Below are positions 47,540 through 57,684 of a DNA stretch of 64,000 nucleotides, in pieces. Every line of letters starts with the position of its first letter. Within the stretch, counting starts at the first letter, position 1. Position numbers and translations under genes: made by a program. The DNA comes from Candidatus Geohabitans tengchongensis (GTDB lineage: Bacteria > Sysuimicrobiota > Sysuimicrobiia > Sysuimicrobiales > Humicultoraceae): positions 188,051-252,050 of the forward strand of contig JAVKIH010000002.1 in NCBI GenBank assembly GCA_031459625.1, given 5' to 3'. Under the pieces are notes generated by a model. It saw only the letters and a program-made list of their open reading frames with translations. It searched no databases and was not told where the DNA came from.

Positions 47540-48649
47540 TTACCCCATCGGAGCCCGGGCCACCGTCGCCCGGGCCAGCACTCTCCCCACCGCCGCGCTG
47601 CCGAGCGACAGGAGGGCGAGCACGGGCAGGGCCACGACCAGAGCCGCCGGGTCCATGGGCGCCTGCCCGACGATGCGGGGACCGACCAGGCCTTCGACCG
47701 CGACGACGGCCCCAAACGTCGTGGCGACCACCGGCCATGCCCCGGCTCGACCGCGCCCCCGGAGGGCGAGCGCGGCCACGTCGGCGGCGAGGGCCGGGAC
47801 GAGCACCAGCAGCGGCACCGTCGCGAAGACCCGGGCGAGGTAGGCAGGCGCCAGCCAGGGCATCGCCGGCGTGGCGGGCAGCCCGGTCGGCAGGACGAGC
47901 GCGTAGCCCAGCGCGGTGAAGGCGCCGCTGAGGGGACGGAGGAGGATCTGCGCGAGCGGGGCCAGGCTCCACCCTGCCGGCAGGTGCAGGGCCGTGGGGA
48001 CCAGGACCACCGTGCAGGGGGCCAGGGCCGCCACCAGGGTCGGGAGGAGCCAGGGGCCGAGGAGCCCCGGCTGCAGGTAGCTGTAGCGCACCCCGGGGGC
48101 CAGCGCGAGCAGCACCGGCTGCAGCAGGAAGGCCAGCGCCACGACCAGGACGCCCCGGGCTCGCTCCTCGGCCGCCAGCGTGGCCGCCCCGAGCACGATG
48201 GTCCACCCGGCGGCGATGAGCGAGAGGTGCGGCGGGCTCCACAGCGTCACGTCGAGGCCGAAGAGGCGGTGCCACACCTCATCAAAGGGGGCCGAAGCGA
48301 GGAACCAGGCCGCGCCCAGTGCGGAGAGCCACAGGCCCCGGGGCGCGGTGGAGCGCAGCGACCTCTCCCGGGCCAGCGCGACACCGTGCGCCTGCCAGAG
48401 CCCGACGGCCACCGACGCCACCACCAGGAGGGCACCCCCGTAGATGACCAGGTGCGGGGGAATCCAGAAGCTCTCGCGGCCGACCCGGACGTGCCAGCTG
48501 ATGTCCCAGTTCGTGCCGGCCCCGATGAGGAAGGCCCCGGCCAGCACGAGGACGGCGGTGCGGAGGTAGGAAGCACGGTCGGCCGCTGCAGCCGCGAGCG
48601 AGGTCAGCGGCCGCGCCACCGTGCCTGTCGTCCCTCCCGGCGTGGTCAT
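47540..48649 (-). CDS. polytopic membrane protein with duplicated D-x3-H-x12/13-H motif
   Basis: About 9-10 hydrophobic segments; WDISWHVRVGRESFWIPPH and FDEVWHRLFGLDVTLWSPPH. Confidence 0.75.
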   Translation of the reverse strand: MTTPGGTTGTVARPLTSLAAAAADRASYLRTAVLVLAGAFLIGAGTNWDISWHVRVGRESFWIPPHLVIYGGALLVVASVAVGLWQAHGVALARERSLRSTAPRGLWLSALGAAWFLASAPFDEVWHRLFGLDVTLWSPPHLSLIAAGWTIVLGAATLAAEERARGVLVVALAFLLQPVLLALAPGVRYSYLQPGLLGPWLLPTLVAALAPCTVVLVPTALHLPAGWSLAPLAQILLRPLSGAFTALGYALVLPTGLPATPAMPWLAPAYLARVFATVPLLVLVPALAADVAALALRGRGRAGAWPVVATTFGAVVAVEGLVGPRIVGQAPMDPAALVVALPVLALLSLGSAAVGRVLARATVARAPMG

Positions 48650-48670
48650 CGCTTCACACCCTGACAGCAC

Positions 48671-49558
48671 TCAGGCCGGCGATGCGGACGCCCGGGCGGC
48701 CAGGCGGCGCACCCAGGCGATCGCGGTGGGCAGCACCAGGGCCAGCGCGTGGTCGGGAAAGGCCCGGCGCAGGGCAGTCACGATCGCGGCCTCCTCCTCG
48801 CCCCTGGCGAACGCGTCCCGCACCACCGCCTCCACCGTGTCGTGGTAGTGCGCCTGCAGGGTCAACAGCTCCGGGCCGCCGGGCGGGCCGTGCCCGGGGA
48901 CGAAGACCTCGGCGCCGCGGGCGCGGAGCGCCTCCAGTCCCCGCCGCACGCCGTCGGGGGAGGCATCCTCGTAGTTGAAGTGGTACCGGTGGAAGACCAG
49001 GTCGCCGGTGAGAGCCACCCCCTGACCGGGGAGGTGGAGGAAGGCATCGCCCGGGGTGTGCCCCCACCCGGGGTGCCAGACCTCCACCTCCAGGCCATCG
49101 AGGTGCAGGGTCACCCCCGTGGAGAAGGTGACCGTCGGACGGACGGGCTCGGCGTCGTCGAAGAGCCCGGCGAGCGCCGGGACGGCGCGCCGCGCGGCGA
49201 TGAGCCCGGGGTGCTCGGCGGCGATGCGCTCGGCGCAGGCCGCGTGGGCCAGCACGGGGATGCCGCGGGCGGCGAACCACGACGCCCCCAGGGCGTGGTC
49301 GGTGTGGTGGTGGGTGAGGACGACGAGGCGCACCGGGGCGGCGGTGTGGCGACGCAAGGCCGCGTCCACCAGCCGGGCGTGGGCCGGAGCGACCAGCGGG
49401 TCTACCAGCACCACGCCATCGTCGCCGAGCAGGGCGACGGCATTCGTCCCGTAACTGGTGGCAAGCTCTTCACCGCCGAGGGTCCAGACCAGGACGCGCT
49501 CGTGCGGGCGAGACTCCTGGAGGCGGCCGCCGGGCGAGACGTTGAACGGTGCCGTCAC
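48671..49558 (-). CDS. MBL-fold metallo-hydrolase (glyoxalase II/cyclase-like)
   Basis: THHHTDH, GHTPGD, TGDLVF, VPGHG. Confidence 0.9.
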   Translation of the reverse strand: MTAPFNVSPGGRLQESRPHERVLVWTLGGEELATSYGTNAVALLGDDGVVLVDPLVAPAHARLVDAALRRHTAAPVRLVVLTHHHTDHALGASWFAARGIPVLAHAACAERIAAEHPGLIAARRAVPALAGLFDDAEPVRPTVTFSTGVTLHLDGLEVEVWHPGWGHTPGDAFLHLPGQGVALTGDLVFHRYHFNYEDASPDGVRRGLEALRARGAEVFVPGHGPPGGPELLTLQAHYHDTVEAVVRDAFARGEEEAAIVTALRRAFPDHALALVLPTAIAWVRRLAARASASPA

Positions 49559-49755
49559 GTCCCCTCTATCTTAGCGCCCGCACCCCTCCTCAGGTCGGCG
49601 GAGGCCCGGGCCACGGTGCTGCGGCGGATCCGCCACCTCTGGCGCCCGGCGGAGGCGTGGCCTACGCTAGTCGCGGTCCCGCCCGGCCGACAGGGCAGGA
49701 GAGTGCCGTCTGGCGCGTCCGGCGGCGCCCCCGGCACCCTGCTGGAACGACGACG

Positions 49756-50709
49756 ATGCAGATTACGGTCTACCGTCCCGACGGCCTCCAGGAGGAGGCC
49801 CCGGAGCGCCTCGCGGCCCTCCTCCGCGGGGACGGGGGCGGTGTCTGGGTGGACCTGGACCGCAGCCGGCCGGAGGATGCGGCGGCGCTCGACCGCTTCG
49901 GCTTCCACCCCCTGGCGGTCGAGGACGCCCGCAAAGCCGGGCAGCGGCCGAAGGCCGAGACCTACGACGGCGTCCTCTTCCTCACCTTCCACGCGCCGCA
50001 GCTGGAGGGCGCGGACGTGGTCTTCGACGAGATCGACCTCTTCTTCACCCCGCGCCTGGTCGTGACCGTCCGGCCCTCCCGCTGTCCGGTCGTGGAGGAG
50101 GCCCGGCGGCGGCTGGCCCACGCCCCCGCAGCCCTGCGCCAGGTGCCAGCCTTCCTCCTGCACACCATCCTCGACGCCGCCGTGGACGCCTACTTCCCCG
50201 TCGTCGACGCGCTGGACGCGGAGATCGACCGGCTGGAGGACGACGTGCTGGCCCGGCCCTCCACGGCGGCGCTGGCGCGGCTCTTCCGCATCCGGCACGT
50301 CCTGCTGGACGCCCGGCGCCACGTCGTCCCCCTGCGCGACACCCTGAGCCTGCTGATGCGCCACGAGACCGAGGGGATCGTCCCCGAGGTCGGCCCCTAC
50401 CTGCGCGACGTCTTCGACCACGTGCTGCGCATCACCGACCAGATCGACACCCACCGCGACCTGGTCACGGGCGCCCTGGAGGTCTACCTCAGCCAGGTTA
50501 GCCACCGCCTCAACGAGGTGATGAAGGTCCTCACGGTCATCACCGCGGTCTTCGCCGCCCTCACCGTGATCACCGGCATCTACGGGATGAACTTCGAGCG
50601 CGCCCTCCCGGCCTGGGAGGCCCCGGGCGGCTTCCTGGGCGTGCTGGCGGTCATGGGGGCGGTCACCGCCGTCATGCTCGCCCTCTTCCGCTGGCGGGGG
50701 TGGGTGTAG
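49756..50709 (+). CDS. corA: magnesium/cobalt transporter CorA
   Basis: FHPLAVED, QRPK, YLRDVFDH, NEVMKVLT, YGMNF. Confidence 0.95.
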   Translation: MQITVYRPDGLQEEAPERLAALLRGDGGGVWVDLDRSRPEDAAALDRFGFHPLAVEDARKAGQRPKAETYDGVLFLTFHAPQLEGADVVFDEIDLFFTPRLVVTVRPSRCPVVEEARRRLAHAPAALRQVPAFLLHTILDAAVDAYFPVVDALDAEIDRLEDDVLARPSTAALARLFRIRHVLLDARRHVVPLRDTLSLLMRHETEGIVPEVGPYLRDVFDHVLRITDQIDTHRDLVTGALEVYLSQVSHRLNEVMKVLTVITAVFAALTVITGIYGMNFERALPAWEAPGGFLGVLAVMGAVTAVMLALFRWRGWV

Positions 50710-52083
50710 GTGGCGCGGCCGTATCCCACCTTCGGGTTCGTCACCCCGGACACCGTGGGGCTCCTCACCGACCTCTACGAGCTCACCATGGCGGACAGCT
50801 ACTTCCGTCAGGGGATGAACGAGCCCGCCACCTTCGCCGTCTTCGTGCGCGAGCTGCCGCCCGACCGCTCCTTCCTCGTCAGCGCGGGGCTGGAGACCGT
50901 CCTGGCCTACCTGGAGCAGGTGCGCTTCCCGCCCGAGGCCATTGCCTACCTGCGCTCGCTGGGCCGCTTCAGCGACGGGTTCCTCGACTACCTGCGCGAC
51001 TTCCGCTTCGGCGGCGACGTGCGGGCCATCCCCGAGGGGGAGGTCTTCTTCCCGCTGGAGCCGCTCGTCGAGGTGACCGCGCCGCGCATCGAGACGCAGC
51101 TCATCGAGACGATGCTCCTCAACACCCTGAACTTCCAGGTGATGATCGCCACCAAGGCGGCGCGGGTCGTCCTGGCCGCCCAGGGCCGCCCGGTCATCGA
51201 CTTCTCGCCGCGGCGCGACCACGGGGCGGACGCGGCGGTGAAGGTGGCCCGGGCGTCCTACATCGGGGGGTGTGCGGGCAGCTCCTGCGTCCTGGCCGGC
51301 CACCTCTTCGGGCTCCCGGTCTTCGGCACCATGGCGCACTCCTACGTCATGTCCTTCGAGGACGAGCTGACGGCCTTCCGCGCCTTCGCGCTGGACTACC
51401 CCGACAACTCGGTGCTGCTCATCGACACCTACGACACCGTGCGCGGGGCGGAGCACGCCATCACCGTGGCCCGGGAAATGGCCGCGCGCGGGCAGCGCCT
51501 GCGGGGCGTGCGCATCGACAGCGGGGACCTGGTGGCGGCCAGCCGCAAGGTGCGGGCGCTGCTGCAGCAGGCCGGCTTCGGCGACGTGCAGATCGTGCTG
51601 AGCGGCGGGCTCAACGAGTTCAAGATCGCCGACCTGCTGCGCGAGGGCGCCGAGGTGGACGCCTTCGGGGTGGGTACGGAGCTCGGCACCTCCGCCGACG
51701 CCCCCTTCGTGGAAGGGGTCTACAAGCTCGTCGAGGACGTGCACGGTTACCGCATCAAGCTCAGCGCCGGCAAGGCCACGCTGCCCGGCCGCAAGCAGGT
51801 GTGGCGCACGGTCGACGCCGAGGGGGTGCTGGTGCGGGACGTCATCGCCCTGGCCGACGAGCCGGGCCCGCCCGGGGCCCGGCCCTTGCTGGAGGAGGTC
51901 ATGCGCGGCGGGCGGGCGCTCCGGCCCGAGCCGCTCGACGCCATGCGCCGGCGCTGCCAGGAGGCGGTCGCCCACCTCCCCCCGGCCCTGCGCGCGCTGC
52001 GGGACAGCTCGCCGCCGCCGGTGGGCCTCAGCCCGGCGCTGGAGGCGCTGCGTGACCGCATGTACCGGGAGGGCGAGGCGTGA
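50710..52083 (+). CDS. pncB: nicotinate phosphoribosyltransferase
   Basis: LLTDLYELTM, IATKAAR, GTMAHS, LIDTYD, RIDSGDL, FGVGT, VYKL. Confidence 0.95.
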   Translation: MARPYPTFGFVTPDTVGLLTDLYELTMADSYFRQGMNEPATFAVFVRELPPDRSFLVSAGLETVLAYLEQVRFPPEAIAYLRSLGRFSDGFLDYLRDFRFGGDVRAIPEGEVFFPLEPLVEVTAPRIETQLIETMLLNTLNFQVMIATKAARVVLAAQGRPVIDFSPRRDHGADAAVKVARASYIGGCAGSSCVLAGHLFGLPVFGTMAHSYVMSFEDELTAFRAFALDYPDNSVLLIDTYDTVRGAEHAITVAREMAARGQRLRGVRIDSGDLVAASRKVRALLQQAGFGDVQIVLSGGLNEFKIADLLREGAEVDAFGVGTELGTSADAPFVEGVYKLVEDVHGYRIKLSAGKATLPGRKQVWRTVDAEGVLVRDVIALADEPGPPGARPLLEEVMRGGRALRPEPLDAMRRRCQEAVAHLPPALRALRDSSPPPVGLSPALEALRDRMYREGEA

Positions 52084-53039
52084 GGCCCGTCCCGGGGGCG
52101 TGGGGCGTTGGGACCAGGAGGGCCATCGTGGCCTGCATCCCGGCCGTCCTGCTGGTGGCGGTCCTCGCCCCGGCCGGCTCCCGTCCGCCCGCCGCGCGGC
52201 GCGCCGCCGCCCAGCCCCCCATCACGGTGGTTCTCGACGGGGAGCCGCTCACCCTGGACGTCCCGCCCATCCAGGTGGCGGGACGCGTGCTCGTCCCGCT
52301 GCGGGGGATCTTCGAGCGGCTCGGGGCGTCGGTCAGCTTCGACCCGCTCGCCCAGACCGTCACGGCCCGGCGGGGGGCGGTCGTCATCGTGCTGAGGCTG
52401 GGGAGCCGGGAGGCCCGGGTGGGGGACCGCATCGTCACGCTCGACGTGCCGGCGTTCGCCCTCCAGGGCCGGACCATGGTGCCGCTGCGCTTCCTCAGCG
52501 AGGCGCTGGGCGCGCGGGTGGACTGGGAGGAAGGCACCCGCACGGTGCGCATCTACACCATCCCCCTCCCGCCCTCGCCCGGCGCATCCCCGCGGCCCGG
52601 GCCGGGGACGGCGCGGACGGTCCAGGGGACGCTCCTGCGGGTCGAGCTCTCCCAGAACCGCCTCCAGGTGCTGGAGGGCACGGTGGTCCACCTCGTGGTG
52701 GTCACCGCCGAGACGGCCATCTTCCGGCGGGAGACGACGAGCGGGGTGGGCGGGTCGGCCAACCTGCGCGAGCTGCGCCCGGGAGACCAGATCGTGGCGG
52801 AGGTGCGGGGCAGCGGCGAGGCGGTGACGGTGCGGGCCTTCTACCGCCAGGTGCGCGGGGTGGTGGAGACCATCGCCCTGCGCACCATCACCCTGCAGGG
52901 GCTGGGGGCCTTCACCCTGCACCTGGAGGTGGCCGTCTCCGGGCGGGCGCGCTCGCGGGACGAGGTGCGGCCGGGGATGACGGTGGTGCTGCGCCTCAAC
53001 CCCCAGACCCATATCGTCTGGGAGATCACGGTGGAGTAG
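52080..53039 (+). CDS. secreted protein with copper amine oxidase N-terminal (stalk) domain
   Basis: Signal peptide; GRVLVPLRGIFERLGA, GRTMVPLRFLSEALGARVDW; C-terminal beta-rich repeats. Confidence 0.85.
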   Translation: MRPVPGAWGVGTRRAIVACIPAVLLVAVLAPAGSRPPAARRAAAQPPITVVLDGEPLTLDVPPIQVAGRVLVPLRGIFERLGASVSFDPLAQTVTARRGAVVIVLRLGSREARVGDRIVTLDVPAFALQGRTMVPLRFLSEALGARVDWEEGTRTVRIYTIPLPPSPGASPRPGPGTARTVQGTLLRVELSQNRLQVLEGTVVHLVVVTAETAIFRRETTSGVGGSANLRELRPGDQIVAEVRGSGEAVTVRAFYRQVRGVVETIALRTITLQGLGAFTLHLEVAVSGRARSRDEVRPGMTVVLRLNPQTHIVWEITVE

Positions 53040-53826
53040 CGCGCGCGGCCCCCAGCAGCCGGTCGAAGGCGCGGCGGTTGGCGGCCACCGTCTCCAGCTC
53101 GCGGCCGGCGGCGTACCCCTCGATGGCCACGAGTCCCCGGTAGAAGGCGGCCAGGCGCGCCAGCGGCGGCGCCAGAGGGTAGATCCCCTCGTCCAGCGGC
53201 ACGTGCACCAGGCGCTCCGTGGAACCGCTCAGGTGCACGTGCACGACCAGCGGTTCCAACCCGTCCAGGTCGAGCGGCTGCCTGTTGGAGAGCAGGTGGG
53301 CGATGTCGAGCGTCAGCCCCAGGGCGGGGGAGGCGGCCTCGGCCACCAGGCGCGCCACCTGGCGCGGGCTGGTGACGAACTCCCCCGGGCGCGCCTCCAT
53401 GTTCTCCACGCCCACGCGCAGGCCGAGCCGCGCCGCCGCCGCCCCCAGCGCGGCGAAGCCCTCGACGAGCGCGGGCCAGTAGGCCTCGGGCGCGTCGCGC
53501 GACGAGGAGAGGCTGCCGGGGTGGAGGGTCACCACCACCGCCCCGAGCCGCGCCGCGTCCTCAAGGGCACGGGCGTACTGCCGCCGCGACTCCTCCCGGA
53601 TGCCCGGGTTCTGCGAGGTGACGTTCAGGTCGCGGCTGGGGCCGTGCACGGTCACGACCAGCCCCCGGCGGGCGGCCTCTTGCCCGAGCGCGACCGGATC
53701 GGCCTCCTGCGCCCAGAGGTGCTCCGCCCAGAGCTCCACCCCGGCGTACTCCCACCGGTGGGCGGCCTCGAGCGCGTCCCGGATCGGATGGGTGCGCAGC
53801 GAGGTGGTGGAGAGGACCGGCCTCAT
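53026..53826 (-). CDS. sugar phosphate isomerase/epimerase (xylose isomerase-like TIM barrel)
   Basis: VELW, TVHGP, LHPG, VENM, LDIAH, HVHLS, AIE. Confidence 0.85.
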   Translation of the reverse strand: MRPVLSTTSLRTHPIRDALEAAHRWEYAGVELWAEHLWAQEADPVALGQEAARRGLVVTVHGPSRDLNVTSQNPGIREESRRQYARALEDAARLGAVVVTLHPGSLSSSRDAPEAYWPALVEGFAALGAAAARLGLRVGVENMEARPGEFVTSPRQVARLVAEAASPALGLTLDIAHLLSNRQPLDLDGLEPLVVHVHLSGSTERLVHVPLDEGIYPLAPPLARLAAFYRGLVAIEGYAAGRELETVAANRRAFDRLLGAARATPP

Positions 53827-54974
53827 GGGGTGCCCGGCCGAGCGACGCGCGGGTCGGGACGATGGTCGGGGTCGTCCTCCGTGGCGGGGAAGAGGAGAAC
53901 CCGGGTCAGGCGGAGCCGGAGGTGGGTCCCCTCCTCGACGGTCACCCCCGGCGGGGTCTGGACACGCAGCACGTGCCCGTCTGCGCGGACCTTGTAGTCC
54001 ACGACGTTGCCCATGAAGTTGCGCACCTCCACCGTGCAGGGGATCTCGCCGTCGGGGCCCAGGGCCACGTCCTCGGGCCGCACCGCCACCAGGACGGGAT
54101 CGCCGGCAGGCGGCCCGCCTGCGCTGCCGGCCGGCGCCGCGGGGCCCTCGGCGGGGAGGCGCAGCCGCCGCCCCAGGACCTCGACCGCCACCCCGGCGGC
54201 GTCGCGGCCCAGCAGCCGCCCCGGCAGGAAGTTCATCAGCCCGATGAAGTCCGCCACGAAGCGGTCCGCCGGCCGCCGGTAGATCTCCAGCGGCGGGCCC
54301 ACCTGCACGATGCGCCCCTCCCGCATCACCGCCACCCGGTCGGAGAGGGCCATCGCCTCGGCCTGGTCGTGGGTGACGTACAGGATGGGGACGCGCAGGC
54401 GGCGCTGCAGCTCCTTCAGCTCGAAGCGCATCTGCTCGCGCAGCTTGGCGTCGAGGTTGCTGAGCGGTTCGTCCAGGAGCAGCAGCTCCGGCTGGCGCAC
54501 CAGCGCCCGGGCCAGGGCCACCCGCTGCTGCTGGCCGCCGGAGAGCTGGGCCGGGTAGCGGCGCTCCAGGCCGCTCAGCGCCACCACCTCCAGCACCGCC
54601 CCCACCCGGCGCGCCACCTCGCGCCGGTCGAGCCGCTGCAGGCGCAGCGGGTAGGCGACGTTGTCGAAGACGGTCATGTGCGGCCAGACCGCGTAGTTCT
54701 GGAAGACCATGCCGATGGCCCGCCGCTCCGGCGGGACGAAGAGGCCCGAGGCGGGGGCGGAGACCACCCGCCCGCCCAGCCGGATCTCGCCGCGCGTCGG
54801 CACCTCCAGGCCGGCCACGCAGCGCAGCGTGGTCGTCTTGCCGCACCCGCTCGGCCCCAGCAGGGTGAAGAACTCCTGCGACCCCACGCGGAAGGTGACG
54901 TCCTGGACGGCCACTACGCCGTCGAAGGTCTTCCACAGCCCCCGCACCTCCAGGCGGTCCTCGACGGCGGTCAC
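53823..54974 (-). CDS. ABC transporter ATP-binding protein (FbpC/PotA type)
   Basis: GPSGCGKT, LSGGQQQR, LLLDEPLSNLDAKLR, YVTHDQ. Confidence 0.95.
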   Translation of the reverse strand: MTAVEDRLEVRGLWKTFDGVVAVQDVTFRVGSQEFFTLLGPSGCGKTTTLRCVAGLEVPTRGEIRLGGRVVSAPASGLFVPPERRAIGMVFQNYAVWPHMTVFDNVAYPLRLQRLDRREVARRVGAVLEVVALSGLERRYPAQLSGGQQQRVALARALVRQPELLLLDEPLSNLDAKLREQMRFELKELQRRLRVPILYVTHDQAEAMALSDRVAVMREGRIVQVGPPLEIYRRPADRFVADFIGLMNFLPGRLLGRDAAGVAVEVLGRRLRLPAEGPAAPAGSAGGPPAGDPVLVAVRPEDVALGPDGEIPCTVEVRNFMGNVVDYKVRADGHVLRVQTPPGVTVEEGTHLRLRLTRVLLFPATEDDPDHRPDPRVARPGTP

Positions 54975-54990
54975 CGTGCCCTCCCCGGCC

Positions 54991-56676
54991 TCAGAAGCCC
55001 AGCCGGCCGCGCGTGGCCCAGCGTAGCAGGAGGTTGCCCGTCAGGATGAACGCCAGCACCACCACCGAGAGCGCGGCGGCGATCTGCGTGTAGCCGGAGT
55101 CCTGCATGTTGAAGATCGTCACCCCGATGGTCTCGGTGCGCAGGCTGAAGAGCAGGATGGACATCGTCAGCTCCCGGCTGGCCGGCATCGCCACCAGGAT
55201 CCACCCCGCCGCCATCCCGGGGCGGACGAGCGGCAGCACGATGTCCCGGAAGGTGCGCAGCGGCCCCGCCCCGGCGACGCGCCCGGCTTCCTCCAGCGAG
55301 GCGTGGATCTGCTGCAGCGTGGCGGCGGTGGTGCGGATGGTGAAGGGGAGGTAGGCGAGGACGTAGGCCAGGAGGATGATGGCCAGCGTGCCGTAGAGCC
55401 AGCGCCCCCACGCCAGCAGGACGGCGATGGCGATGACGGTGTGGGGGATGGCGGAGGGGAGCGTGCCGACGGCGTCGAGCCAGCCGCTGCCGCGCAGGCG
55501 GGCCTTCACGTGGACGTAGGCGATGACCGTGCCGAGCGCCATGGCCACGGTGGCGGCGGCAACGGCCAGGACGAGGCTGTTGGCCAGCGCGCGGCGGGCC
55601 TGCTCCAGGCCCAGGACGTAGGCGTAGTGGCGGGTGGTCAGGCTGGCGGCCGCCAGCGGCGCGCCGAAGTAGCGCAGGAAGGAGGTGAGCACGAGCGCGG
55701 CGATGGGCAGGACGGCGATGGTCACGGCGAAGGCCGCGGCCAGGGCGAACGCCGGCCAGCGCAGCGGGCCCAGGCGCAGGGACTGGGGGTGGATGGCCTT
55801 GCCGGCGATGACGGCGAAGCGCCCCTCCCCGCGCTGCACCCACCGCTGGGCCAGCAGCGCGGCCAGCGAGACGGCCACCAGCAGCATGGACATCGCCGTG
55901 GCCAGGCCGAAGTCCGGCAGGGTGAGGGCGCTGTAGATGCTCGTGGTCAGCACGAAGAAGCGCGCTCGCAGCCCCAGCAGCGCCGGGATGCCGAAGTTGG
56001 CCACGCTGCCCATGAAGACCAGCACCCCGCCGGCCAGGATGGCCGGCCACACCAGCGGCACGGTGACGTGGCGCATGACCTGGAGCGTGCCGGCCCCGGA
56101 GGTGCGCGCCGCCTCCTCCAGGCTCACGTCCATCCGCTCCAGCGCCCCGGCCACGGTGAGGAAGACGTAGGGGAAGAAGTGGATGGCCAGGACGGCGACG
56201 ATGCCCCCGGGGGAGTAGACGGTCCACGGCGCCCGCTCCAGGCCCAGCAGGTCGAGGAGCGGGCGCATGAGGTACCCTTGCGGGCCCAGCAGCTGCGTCC
56301 AGGCGATGGCGCCGAAGAAGGGCGGGATGGCGTAGGGCAGGACGACGAGCGGCCGCAGCCAGCGGCGGCCGGGCAGGTCGGTGCGCACCAGCAGGAAGGC
56401 CAGCACGGTGCCGGCGGCCATGGCCAGTGCGCTCGCGGCCGCGCTCACCCAGACGGTGTTCCACAGCGCGCGCACGTTGGCGGGGGCCACCGCCCGGCCG
56501 TAGGCCGCCAGCGTCCAGGCGCCCTCGGCGCGCAGGCTGCGCACCAGCACCTGGGCCAGCGGGTAGACCACCAGCCCGGCCAGCGCCAGCGCCGCCAGCC
56601 CCACCAGTAAGAGGCGCGGGTCGGCCGGGCGGGCGCGGGGGAGAGGGACGCGGAGCGCCCCGCTGCCGGTGGCCAC
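54991..56676 (-). CDS. ABC transporter permease (FbpB/ThiP type, two EAA domains)
   Basis: RTDLPGRR, SLEEAARTSGA, SLEEAGRVAGA. Confidence 0.92.
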   Translation of the reverse strand: MATGSGALRVPLPRARPADPRLLLVGLAALALAGLVVYPLAQVLVRSLRAEGAWTLAAYGRAVAPANVRALWNTVWVSAAASALAMAAGTVLAFLLVRTDLPGRRWLRPLVVLPYAIPPFFGAIAWTQLLGPQGYLMRPLLDLLGLERAPWTVYSPGGIVAVLAIHFFPYVFLTVAGALERMDVSLEEAARTSGAGTLQVMRHVTVPLVWPAILAGGVLVFMGSVANFGIPALLGLRARFFVLTTSIYSALTLPDFGLATAMSMLLVAVSLAALLAQRWVQRGEGRFAVIAGKAIHPQSLRLGPLRWPAFALAAAFAVTIAVLPIAALVLTSFLRYFGAPLAAASLTTRHYAYVLGLEQARRALANSLVLAVAAATVAMALGTVIAYVHVKARLRGSGWLDAVGTLPSAIPHTVIAIAVLLAWGRWLYGTLAIILLAYVLAYLPFTIRTTAATLQQIHASLEEAGRVAGAGPLRTFRDIVLPLVRPGMAAGWILVAMPASRELTMSILLFSLRTETIGVTIFNMQDSGYTQIAAALSVVVLAFILTGNLLLRWATRGRLGF

Positions 56677-56679
56677 GGC

Positions 56680-57684
56680 CTACTTCAGCATGATCTCCTC
56701 GAAGCGCTGGCGGATCTCGGCGGCGTTCTGGGCCGCCCACTCGAAGGGCACCGGCAGCGTCCGGATCTCCGAGGGCCGCGGCAGGCCGCGCGGCGGGGCC
56801 ACGTCGGGCCGCACCGGGATGATGCCGCGCTCCGCCAGGGCCTGCTGCCCCTCCCGGGAGAGGACGTAGTCGACGAACAGCCGCGCTCCCTCGACGTTGC
56901 GGGCGCTGCGCGTGATGGCCACGGGGCTCGGGATGCTCACCGCCCCCTCCTCCGGCCAGATGATGGCCAGCGGCGCCCCGTCGCGGATCATCCCGTAGGC
57001 GATGAAGTCCAGCGTCATCCCCACGCCGAACTCCCGCGCCGCCAGCGCCGCCGCCACCTCGGAGTTGCCGCGCAGCACCTGGATGCCCTCGCGGCGTGCC
57101 CGCTCGAACCAGGCCCACCCGTACTCCCGCACGAAGGTGGCTACCACGACGAAGACCGAGCCGGAGAAGAAGGGGTTGGGCATGGCCGCGGTGCGGCCGA
57201 AGCGCGGGAAGTCGGCCCAGCGCCGCGGCGCGACCCGCTCGGGGATCAGCGTGGTGTTCACGGCGATGATCATGTTGATCAGCCGTCCCGCGGTGAAGAA
57301 GCCGCCGGGGTCCCTCCAGGCGGCGGGGATCTGGCGCGCCTCCGGGGAGCGGTAGGCCTGCAGCGCGCCCCGGTCGCGCAACGTGAGGAAGACCGGCGCG
57401 TCGGCCAGCCAGAGGAGGTCGGCGCGGATGCCGCCGGTCTCCAGCTCGGCGAAGATGCGCCGCTCCAGCTCCGTGCTCCCCGAGCGCAGCACCTCCAGCC
57501 GCAGCTGCGGGTAGCGGGCCATGAAGGCCCGGGCGAAGCTCGTGGCGATCTCCTGCGGCAGGGAGGTGTAGAGGACCACCGTCCCGCCCGGCGCGGGCGC
57601 GGCCTGCGCCCCGCCGGCCGGCCACACGGCGGCGCCAGCCAGCGCCGCCACCAGGACCAGCCCCACCAGGTGCCGGATCGTCAT
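56680..57684 (-). CDS. ABC transporter substrate-binding protein (Fe3+/thiamine/AfuA class)
   Basis: Signal peptide; VVLYTS, ADLLW, MPNP..SG, WPEEGA, FVDYVLSREGQ. Confidence 0.88.
   Translation of the reverse strand: MTIRHLVGLVLVAALAGAAVWPAGGAQAAPAPGGTVVLYTSLPQEIATSFARAFMARYPQLRLEVLRSGSTELERRIFAELETGGIRADLLWLADAPVFLTLRDRGALQAYRSPEARQIPAAWRDPGGFFTAGRLINMIIAVNTTLIPERVAPRRWADFPRFGRTAAMPNPFFSGSVFVVVATFVREYGWAWFERARREGIQVLRGNSEVAAALAAREFGVGMTLDFIAYGMIRDGAPLAIIWPEEGAVSIPSPVAITRSARNVEGARLFVDYVLSREGQQALAERGIIPVRPDVAPPRGLPRPSEIRTLPVPFEWAAQNAAEIRQRFEEIMLK

Noticed and set aside
49560..49755. Possible metal-sensing riboswitch upstream of corA
   Set aside because: Only generic GC-rich hairpins; no M-box, NiCo or yybP consensus recognised. 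An Infernal scan would settle it.
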